64,000 bases of DNA. Origin: Azolla caroliniana (taxonomy: Eukaryota > Plantae > Polypodiophyta). The notes under the pieces were generated by a model. That model ran no database searches, had not been told where the DNA came from, and saw only the letters and a list, made by a program, of their open reading frames with translations. Below, piece by piece: positions 25,901 through 35,998 of the stretch. Both the position numbers and the translations under genes were made by a program. The first letter of the stretch is position 1, and every line of letters begins with the position of its first letter. The stretch spans positions 4,650,001 to 4,714,000 of the forward strand of contig JBHGNT010000022.1 of NCBI GenBank assembly GCA_043228905.1, given 5' to 3'.

Positions 25901-27625
25901 TTATTGGGAAGAAAGTTCTCCTTCCATGTAGATCATTCGGCACTCCTCTACCTAGTATCCAAACCGTCACTTACCGGTAAGTTGGCGCGGTGAACTTTGC
26001 TGTTGCAAGAGTTCGAATTCAAGATATTCCACTGACCCGGCGTACAGCATGCGGTAGCAGATTATCTAAGCCGATTAGATTCCAGGGAGATGGGTGACGG
26101 GGTACCAGACGAGTTTCCGGATGCAGAGCTTTTTCGAGTCACCACGGAAATGGCAACAGATGAAACGGTGGCACAAGAAGATAAGTGGCTAACTAATATG
26201 CACCAGTTTCTAAGTACCGGATTGCCTCTGGAGGAAATGAACCGGGACGAGAGAAAATGTCTGGCGGTACAGAGCCGACACTTCTGTTTATTACAGGACA
26301 CGCTATACCACAAAGGTGCGGACGGTATCTGGCGATGAGCGGTGCGCAACGACAAGAAGAAGATAATACTACGGGAGGCACACTGCGGAGTCGCCAGAGG
26401 TCATTATGCCGGAGATGCGACGGCAAGGAAAGTATGGCAAAGTGGCCTATGGTGGCAGACGACATTGAAAGATACAGTGCGGTATGCGAAAGAGTGTGAT
26501 CTATGCCAGCGATTGGGCCAACCAACGGAGCAAGCTTGGATGCCACACCAGCCGGTCCTACCACTAGAACCATTCCAGAAATGGGGGCTGGATTTTGTCG
26601 GGCCATTTAAACCACCGGCAATGAGAACCGGTAACTGGTACGTGATCGTCGCAACGGATTACTGCACTAAGTGGGTGGAAGCGAAAGCCCTACGAGACAA
26701 CACTGCGGCCTGAACGGCGAAATTCTTATACGAATGCATTTGGTGCCAGTACGGATGCCCCATAGAGCTGATAAGCGACCAAGGAGGGCACTTTCTTGGA
26801 TAGGTGGTAGAAAGTTTGATGACGTTCTATGCGATAGTACATAAAGGAAGCACACCGTACTATCCGCAAGCAAACGGGTTAGCTGAGTCGACGAACAAAA
26901 CGCTCCAGAATATCCTCCGGAAAATCGTCAACAAAAACTGGACGGATTGGGATATGAAGCTGCATAGTGCGCTCTGGGACTACCGAACAACGTACAAAAC
27001 ACGCATCCAAACAACACCGTTCCGGTTAGCATTCGGATTAGAGGTAGTCATGTCGGTCGAGTTCGAGGTACCATGCTTACGGATTCAAATTCGGGAATGA
27101 CTCAATGAAAAAGAATCAGAGGCAATACGGTTAAAGGCTCTATGTGAACTAGAAGAACACTGACTGGCGAGCATCATGCACCTGGAATTGGAACAACGGT
27201 GACGGAAAGCGTTTGTAGATCGTCACTGGAAGGGAAATGAAAAGATGTTCGAAATCGGCAAGCCGGTACTAGTGTTCCAGCCCCGGATGGGTAAAATGCT
27301 AGGCAAACTACGGTTTAGATGGACCGGACCGTACTGGATCACACGCGAGTTCAATGGATCCTACCAGTTAGGGACACTTGCTGGCGAAGTGCAGGGTAAA
27401 TGGGTCAACGGATTTAGACTAAAACCATACAAAGGACCTATGCCCAAGAACCCATTTGAACGAAGGGCCGCCACCGAATTAGACGGCGGCAGGCTAACCA
27501 CGACGGCAACCCGTGAGGAAAACGGCTACCACCAAGCCGGTAAGGCAGAGCACGAGCCGGCAACCGGGGAAAGCATAACGATGGCAAACCGTCAAGAGGC
27601 CGGCAAGGTGCGCGTTTTGGGTTAG
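22977..27625 (+). pseudogene. gag-pol: G-A gag-pol, continuing 16756-17052, heavily decayed
   Basis: RSKIA|KFGVTLEG rejoins across C3. VFLDDF is retained, the protease core is deleted at about 24155, and there are many stops. Confidence 0.9.
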
Positions 27626-28046
27626 GGTTTGACAAGACCGGAGAAAAATTAAGCACACAATTTACTTTACAAAAAAATAAAATAAAATAAAATAAAATAA
27701 AGGAGCGAATCAAATAAATCATGGAAAGAAGTGGTGGAAACGGCCATGCAAACGAGGAGTAAAGAGGCACGTCGAAAAGGTAGGAGGGGCTATGAATAGG
27801 ACATTTAACCACCGCCACATGGCACGCAATGCTATTATAGTACACGACCTGCACATGCGGAGGCTTGAAAAACCCCCACGCATCGAGACCTTGTCCTATC
27901 GTGAACCAAGGAGAACAGACGCAGACAGACGCGTGAAGATCAATCGCAGAGAGCTCACACACAGAGAACCCCCTCCCTCAGAACTTTCTCTCTCACACTC
28001 TCCCCACCACCAAACCTCGCCAACGCTCTCCGACCTCGACGCAGAG

Positions 28047-30847
28047 ATGGACTGCCAAACGTTGTTTGAAGCCGCCAAGAAATGGCTACGGCAACACGGA
28101 CTAGAGGGTTTCTTAACGATCATGGAGGCGGCACCACACAAGGAGGCCAAAAAGATCATCAAAGAAATTGACACAGAGGTGATCACAGAGGAGACGATCC
28201 GTGCGTTAATAGGCCTTCCGGAGGGAGGCATCTACACGATCGACAATCCTACCTCCGAGCAACTCATCAAATATTTCGGTGAGTACTCTCTAGCCAGCAA
28301 GGGCTACAGGACATAGGGCGACGAAGATATGCTATTCCGCGAAATTGCCCGTGTGCTCCATGAGTTTGGCCCCAGTCATGCCTTAGAACTGAGCAGGCTT
28401 GATCATCGCAACGTACGAAGGGGTCAAGGTAGATTGGCCGGTGTTGATCGCCGACGGGCTATGTATGGCCATTGATATAGTAAGAGGAAAGGACGGCAAG
28501 GAAGGCCGGAAAATATGGCATGCGGTGACACAATGGCTCACCCTATTGGCGCCACCGGTCGAGCTCATCCAAACCAAGAAGCGGGGAAGAGCAACAGACG
28601 GCACCCCGAAACTTGCTTCGAAACGGCAACAACTATTGGCCTCCAAGGCCACTAAGGGGAAGATGGCTGACGTAGAGAAGGTGGCAAAGGAGCGCGCCAA
28701 CCGAAAGTGGCCGACGGATGCAAGCGAGGAGACACCGGCACGGCCCGTGAAGAGCCCATTCCACCGACCGGTGCAACAAGAAACGGACACCCTGGTGGCA
28801 AGAACAAGAATGAATGTCGTGACTCAGGCAGAGGAAATGGAGGAAGAACCCATGGAGCACCTCCAGCGGCGGCCGGTGAAGAGCACCGCTGAATCAGCCG
28901 GGAAGCATTCAGACCCACAGAAGGAGGGAACGCCCGCAACTCATGCTGAGCATCCCACGCCAAGGGTGGTACCGGAATCGGTTCGGAGGGAACAGGTCAC
29001 AGAAGTCCTGGCGCAACGGGCAGCACTGGCAAGCCCCGTAACTCAAGAGCCGGATATACAAAGGCCAACCTTCCCAATCGGCCAAGAACAAGCAGACAAG
29101 GGGCGGCTAGCCGAAACACACTCAGAGCCGGAACGGCAAAGTGGTCAGCTGGCAGAACCAGAGGCGCAGCTCGACGTAGCTTGACGCAGTAAGGCGGGAC
29201 TAGCCACCGGCGAGTGAACCCATCAGCCAACTCTCCGTGCAAGCGCAACAACTGTGCACCGGAAGCCAATGGCTCTAGTGGATAGGAGAACAAATTGCCA
29301 GAGTAGTCGGATGCATAGAGGCGGAAGAAACAGCGCAAACGGAACGGTTGCTCGTCACAACGGATGAACTGGAGACGGCCCGATCAAGGATCCGGTGCCT
29401 CGAACAAGACTTGGATTGGATCACAGGAGATATGGCCAAAATGGCCTTAACCGCAACGCAGATCCAAGCACCGGTGACTCCTGTTGATGTACAGAGGAAT
29501 AAGACCCTGGAGACACAAACTGTCCCGGAGAAAGATGCGGCGCAAGCCCAAGAGCTTGTAGAATTATAAGATGAGCTCGCCGCACAAGAAGCATTACGGA
29601 GCCGCGAACGCGACTTGAAGAAGGCGGCCGAAGAAGAATTAAAAAAGACTGCTGAGAACCTTTGCCGGGCAGAGGAAAACCTGCGTAAAGGACATCATGC
29701 TTATGACCGGCTAAAGAAGGAAAAAGAGAAATTGCTGCAGGAAAAAGAGAAGCTGCGATGGATGGTGGAGACGGAAATCGAGAGGCTGAAGGAGGAGCTC
29801 CGTCAACAGAAGGACCGGGAGGACCGCGCACGCCGGCAGATCAACTAGAGGTTGAAGCAGTAGACCGATGATTTCGATCATCTACATCGGGATTACAAGC
29901 AGCTGGAGATGGAGTATAAGCAGCAGCAGGAACGGATGGCCGAGCTCCGGCAAGAAGTTGATAGGGCCAGAACGGCACTCACCGAAGAACGAGCAGAAAG
30001 TTCCAGGCTATTGGAGGAAGTGGCGAATGACCGGATGGAGCTCCACAAACAGAACCATGAAGACAAAGAAAGAGCGACAATGGTATTACAGAGGTTGCAA
30101 ACAACCTATCAAAATCAATTGTCGCATTATAGGGAGTAGGAGGCGGACACGGTTCGGATCATCAAGCAATTGAAGGAAGAGCGACAAGCCGTAGAAAATA
30201 AATCACAGATGGGAGCCGAACGGATCCAGTGCATCCTCCGGTCATGGCTCACTAAGACCAAAAGCTTGATTGACGACAGCTCTCTGCGTTGGTGGGTGAA
30301 ATGGGCGCAGAATACGGCGGACCTCCAATTGCTTAGGGCGGACGTGGAAAACCGGTGAAAGGAGGGCAACGACTGTTATATGTTGACCTCGGAGGACTTC
30401 ACCACCATAAGGGATGAGCTGGCCGAAGATTTCACAGCCCTGGCGGATGAACAACTGGTACAGGTCTGGCAGCTCGTAGCTCAACTGGACAACAATCGGC
30501 TTGAGGCTCAAATCCAGTTCGAGAGCTATGAGCGGTCCTGGTTGCGGGAAGAAAAAGCGAGAAAGGCAGCAACGGTCAACCTTAGTGATGAGGAACCATC
30601 GCCGGTGCAAGGACCAGACGGGTACCAAGCCGGGGTCAGTCAGCCACAGACAACTCCGACGGAGGAACCAACGAAGGAAACACCGGTGCCAGAGGCACAA
30701 ACGGAGCCGCAACCCCAAATGGAGAATGCACAAACGGAACAGCAGCCACAACCACACACGGAACAACAACAACAACAACAACATATTCCCGACGAGCCAT
30801 TGGAAATTTTGGAGCAAAGCATTCTGGACATTTTGGACAAAGCGTAA
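28047..30847 (+). pseudogene. G-A extra ORF3
   Basis: Fragments from MDCQTLFEAAKKWLRQHGLEGF to LEILEQSILDILDKA are homologous to G-C ORF3. Confidence 0.8.
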
Positions 30848-30861
30848 AAGGGCTGGATAAT

Positions 30862-30899
30862 GAGTTCCACGTACAAGGTACTGTCCCACGGGCGTGCCA
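30862..30899 (+). other. tRNA-3'-end-like sequence (inverted PBS) at the PPT position of G-A
   Basis: GAGTTCCA-[13 nt]-GTCCCACGGGCGTGCCA, then TG, then the LTR. Confidence 0.7.
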
Positions 30900-30901
30900 T
30901 G

Positions 30902-31337
30902 TGTTACCGGCTGGCAAGAAGGCTTAAGGAGGTCCAAATCAGAGTGTGAAAAGGAATAGTTTATTCCGGAACTGTTGTACTTAATCTAGATATTAATATA
31001 TGAGAAGATGTGGACGGACGGACCGGAATCGGTATGCCGATCCGGATCCGGACCGATCCCGTAAAGGTGCCGGTTGGCACCGTTTTGTATTTCGCACCAG
31101 AGACCTATATAAAGGCCCAGTTATAATGTAATCGGAAGCGGATAATTAATAGAGCTTATTGTCCTAATCTTCCAGTTTTGATTGCCATTCTGTATTCATT
31201 GTTATATCTTACGCGTGTTAATTACGAATTGCTAAGAAACCAATTAAGGTCAAATTAAGCGTTGTGTCGTACCACCCTTTGGTGAAGTGTCTTAAGTGGA
31301 CACCCTGTTAGGCTGTTGTCTGGCCCTAGGATTAACA
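30902..31337 (+). repeat. 3' LTR of G-A
   Basis: Repeats 7880-8083, has TGTTA...TAACA ends and is followed by the TSD. Confidence 0.92.
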
Positions 31338-31342
31338 GTGAT

Positions 31343-34318
31343 CTGCATGCGTCTTGTGGTACCCTTGATCGGTCATGAAGGAGTCGAACTTCCGGTACCA
31401 TTGTTAGGGAGCCTGCTTCAGTCGGTACAGGCTCTTCTTCAACCGGCATACCAGGTGCTCCTTCCCTTTCTCCACGAATTCTTCCGGTTGTTGCATGTAG
31501 ATCTCCTCTTCGAGGTCACCGTGAAGGCATGTCGTCTTCACGTCTAGCTGCTCTACCTTGAGGTCCATGTTTGCCGCTATACTCAACACCGTCGGGATGG
31601 AGGTCATCTTTACTACTGGGCCAAATATCTCGTCGAAGTCCACACCCTTCTTCTGTTGGAACCCCTTCACCACGATCCTGGCTTTGTATCTCGGGGGGTT
31701 GCCGGCATCTCCCGGTTTCATCTTGTACACCCACTTGTTTCGAAGTGCCCGCTTTCCTTTCGGCAACTCCACCAATTCATATGTATGGTCCTCATGCAGG
31801 GAATCCATCTCATCCTGCATGGCACTTAACCATTTGCGGCAATGGGCATCACTTTTAGCTTCCTCGAAGCTTTCTGGCTCCCCCTCATCGGTCAACAGCA
31901 CATGCTCTACATCCGGAAATCTCCGAGGGGGCCTTCTTTCTCTGAGAGGATATCTCTGTCTTTGGGCTTCGGTAACCGGCTCCTCCATTTGCTCTTCATC
32001 CGAATCCGATTCGGGGTCTTGGCCGGTTCCGGTTTCAGCTTCCTCTACTTCTACTTCTGCCAGTTCGATATCCTCACCGTAACCGGCTGGTTCCTCGAGT
32101 GCTAACCGGCCTCTTGCCGGTTGGGTCTGCTCATCGTAGAATCGATCCTTACCAGTCGACTCAGAGTTCATTATCTTCTTCTCCGACTCCTAGTCGGCGA
32201 GCGTCTGGTCCTCCATGAAGATAATATCTCGACTCCGGAATACCTTCTTGTCGACTGGGTCCCACACTCGGTAGCCGAACTCATCGTCACCGTAACCGAG
32301 GAATATGCATGGCCGGGTCTTTGGATCCAACTTACCTCTCCGGTCCTTAGCAACATGCACATACGCAAGACACCCGAATACCTTCAAATGCCAGTAGGAC
32401 ACTTCCTTACCGGTCCAGACTCTCTGTGGCGTGTCTCCGTCCAAGGGTACTGAGGGTGATCTGTTTATCACATATGTCGCCGTCGACAGTGCCTCAGCCC
32501 AAAACTTCTTGGGTAGTTTTGCATGCGCCAGCATACTCCGGACCCTCTCAATTATGGTCCGGTTCATCCTCTCAGCCAGCCCGTTTAGTTTCGGCGTCTT
32601 CGGCACGGTAAATTCGAGCCGGATTCCCTTCGAGCGACAGTACTCCTTGAACTGCCCCCGGTATTCACCTCCGTTATCTGCTCGAATCGCCTTCAGCTTC
32701 TAGCCGGTTTCTCTTTCCACTCTCGCGTGGAGCTCTTTGAAGACGGATAACACATGATCCTTCGTCTTCAACGGTGTGGCCCACAACTTCCGGCTGTGGT
32801 CATCTATGAACATCACGAAGTACTGCGATCCTGCATGTGACTTCGTGTCCACTTGACACACATCAGTATGCACCAACTCCAGTGGTGCATTACGTCTCAT
32901 CGGTGGCCTCAATCGGAAGGAGGTCCAGTTTTGCTTACCGGCCATGGAATGAGGTTGTCGTCTGCAAGCCTCTTCATCCCCTTCTCGCTCATGTGACACA
33001 GCCTTTTGTGCCACAGGTCACCGGTAGTATCGGAGGCCACGTTCACTTCCTCCGGACATAACCGGGCATTCATCAGGTACAACATGTTTACCTTCCGGGC
33101 CTGAGCCACAATCAGGCTCCCTTTGCTGAACTTCATAACACCGTTCCGGATGCTACCCGTGTAGCCTTCATCATCTAGCCGACTGGCTGATATCAGGTTC
33201 AGACGAACTTCTGGAACGTGTCGAACATCCTTCAGCAGCAGCTTGCATCTGGTTGGTGTTGTCAACCATAGGTCTCCTATGCCGACAATTCAGCATGTAC
33301 CTTCATTCCCCATCCGGACACAGACGTGATCACCGGCTGAGTAGGATGAGAAGCATTTCCGGTCTGGGGTAAGGTGAAACGACGCTCCGGAGTGGACCAC
33401 CCAGGTCATCTCATCGCCGACAAGGTTTATCTCACTCTCCTCGGTGATGAGCATCAACTCTTCTTCACTTGCCGCGATTGTCGTCGTCCCCTTCCGGTTC
33501 GTTCCCCTCCGGTCTTTACTGTTCTGGTCCAGTGTCCGCTTCGAATCGGTACCGTCGGTTTCCTCGTCTTTTCGAAAATGCTGACAGTTCTTCTAGAAGT
33601 GTCCCGGCTTGCCGCAATAGAAGCAAGTAGGCCTTCCCCTTGACTTTGACCGTGTCCCCGACTTTTCTCGGTTCTGGGGACTACGGTTCCTTTGTCTTCC
33701 TCGTTCCGATTCGGTAAGGAGCACTTTGTAGTCGGAGCTCGTATCCTTATCTTTCCGACGCGCCTCCTCATCTAGCAAGCTCGACTTCACTCTTGCTAGG
33801 GATAACCGTTTTCCTTCCGGCCTGGCGTTGCCCAAGGTGACAACCAATGTCTCCCAGCTATCTGGGAGGGAACCAAGCAGGAGTAGTGCTAGTACCTCAT
33901 CGGCAAGAGGTGCTTCCAATGATGTTGCCTGGTGGATCAGCCCCTGGAACGCATTCATGTGCTCTGCCATGCTGGAGCCATCTTGGTACCGGAGTCTTAC
34001 TAGCTTCCGGAATACCCAAACCTGATTAACAACATTTTTGTTTTGAAACATAATGCCGATCTTCTCCCAGAGCTCATGAGCCTTGCTCTCTTCATTGAAG
34101 TTGTTGTATAGGCTCATGTCGATGAAGCACCGTATGTACGCCGTTGTCTTCATGTGCATCACCTCCCATATCGCGACGTCGATTTTGTTCGGTCTCTTGT
34201 CCCCGAAGTGAACCGGCAGCCAGAGGTCTTTAACCACGAGCATGTCCCTCATCTTCGACTTCCACACCGAATAGTTCGAGCCGGTGAGCTTGAACATACC
34301 TCCCAACGAATTGTCCAT
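31343..34318 (-). pseudogene. gag-pol: C1 gag-pol 5' part (Gag, CCHC, PR, IN, RT N-terminal half)
   Basis: Motifs KLTGSNYSVWK, CFYCGKPGH, LWHKRLCH, NGLAERMNRT, YKARIVVKGF and LKKSLYRLKQAP. Joins 7879 across G-A. Confidence 0.93.
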
Positions 34319-34348
34319 TTTCTATGTCATTTCGCTCTGATACCACTT

Positions 34349-34809
34349 TGACAGGAACTACACGCTCCGATGAACAACGCTCGGCCACAACCGAGTCTAA
34401 AATCGAACACAGAAAACGAGTAATGAACGCACCACACAAAGGTGAGAAGAGTACACAGGATGTTTAACGTGGAAAACCCAAACTAGGGAAAAAACCACAG
34501 CAGCCCACAAGCTGCAAACTATCACTATGTTACAAAGTACAACAGTAAAGCACCGAGGCAACAACCTCGAGCTTTCTATCTTCGCCATAGGCGGCGGTTA
34601 CAACAGAGGCAACGACCTCTTCTTCTCTCTCACTCTCTCTGTACACAGTTACGCGCTCTAATCTTGCACCAACAAGAATGACAACGACTCTCACAATAAG
34701 TTTGCCCTAAGTCATATTTATACTAATATGACTTTTCGGCTATTTACAAATATAGCGCCGATGTACTCTCAGGAGACATATTTACGAATATGTCCCTTCA
34801 TCCGGTGAG
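34349..34809 (-). repeat. C1 5' LTR, PBS-proximal part (remainder at 49040-49356)
   Basis: Near-identical to 6058-6518. Confidence 0.95.
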
Positions 34810-35234
34810 TGTTACCGGCCGGCAAGGAGTCCAAAATACGGAGTGAAGGAATTATTTAGATATGGTTGTAAATGAGCATAGTGTGGACGGACGGACTGGA
34901 AACGGTATGCCGTTCCAGATCCGGACGGATCCCGAATAGGTGCGAGAGGCACCGTTTTGTACTACGGGCCGGAAACCTATTTAAAGGCCCGGACCCCATT
35001 GTAATCACAGCGGATAATTAATAGAGCTTATGATGTTTATACTTCTGTCTTGATTTCCGTTCTGTAATTACTGTTATATCTTACGCGTGTAATTAACCAA
35101 AGCATTCTAATCGTGTAACTTACGTAAGTTGGTGTAATCGTTGAATCTTAATCCTATGCCGTAATCACCCTTTGGTGAAGTGTCTCCGTGACACCTTGTG
35201 TTAGGCCTTGTCCGGCTAGCGAATAACACAGTTT

Positions 35235-35246
35235 TGGCGACCACGA
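35235..35246 (+). promoter_or_regulatory. PBS of G-C, tRNA-Arg type; element S inserted at its 3' end
   Basis: TGGCGACCACGA lies 6 nt after the LTR and is complementary to a ...GTGGTCG-CCA tRNA-Arg(UCG)-type end (recalled). Confidence 0.7.
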
Positions 35247-35348
35247 TGTCGTAGTGTATTTCGTACACTACGTGAAAAAGTAAAAAATAATATAACCGAT
35301 TTAATTACATATAAATAAATAAAATAATATATCAAGATATTTATCACG

Positions 35349-35420
35349 TGCATAGGGCAGGATTCGAACCTTGTACCTCCACGTAGCCAAACCTCAACTT
35401 TACCATTATGCTACCTTATC
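35349..35420 (-). ncRNA. tRNA-like Pol III unit in the S LTR (also 38132-38203, 40874-40945 and about 60178-60249)
   Basis: A box TAGCATAATGG and B box GGTTCGAATCC at tRNA spacing, with a downstream T-run. No intact anticodon arm. Confidence 0.6.
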
Positions 35421-35964
35421 TTTAGTGTTCTATAAATAGATTTAATAACTATAAGTGCTTTATTTGCGCCTACCTTTATTAAAAGGTAAACCATGCATTT
35501 TTAGAGTGCGTGAATATTTTATAGAAAAACGCAAACAACTAAAAAGTGACTCATGCACATCTAGCGTGCATGAGCACTATATTTAGCAAATAAAAGCAAG
35601 GATTAGAAAAGCATCACATGCACATTTAGTGTGCATGAACATATTAGAAAAAAAAGCATGTAGCTATGCTTAGTCTCTCCCATCACTACATAAGGATGGG
35701 GAGCACAATGTAATAGTGTGTGAAATATTTGGAAATTGGATATATTTCCTAAAACACCAACAATCAATAAAATATACTCGTGGGATTCACGAAGTTTAAG
35801 ATAATCTATCTCTTTCAATCTAAATTCATATTCTTACATGAATATTGATTAATGTAATACTTGTGGGATTCACAAGCCTCAAATTCTTCCTCCTCCTAGT
35901 CCAAAACCTCGGCGGTTCCCACCCGACTCACGCAACGATCCGGAGCCGAAAGGCACGACACAGT

Positions 35965-35980
35965 TGGTGAACCCGACGTG
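35965..35980 (+). promoter_or_regulatory. PBS of S, tRNA-Trp type
   Basis: TGGTGAACCCGACGTG is the complement of the plant tRNA-Trp end CACGTCGGGTTCACCA (recalled). Confidence 0.85.
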
Positions 35981-35998
35981 AAGGCGGGTGGCAAGGAG

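Larger units (their letters stand above)
7880..31337 (+). mobile_element. Gypsy element G-A inserted in the C1 RT; hosts G-B and C3
   Basis: 5-bp TSD GTGAT (7875-7879 and 31338-31342). Truncated 5' LTR at 7880 to about 8083 and 3' LTR at 30902-31337. Confidence 0.92.

Noticed and set aside
35349-35420. Functional tRNA gene
   Set aside because: The anticodon and acceptor stems do not pair properly, so it is kept only as a tRNA-like Pol III unit.
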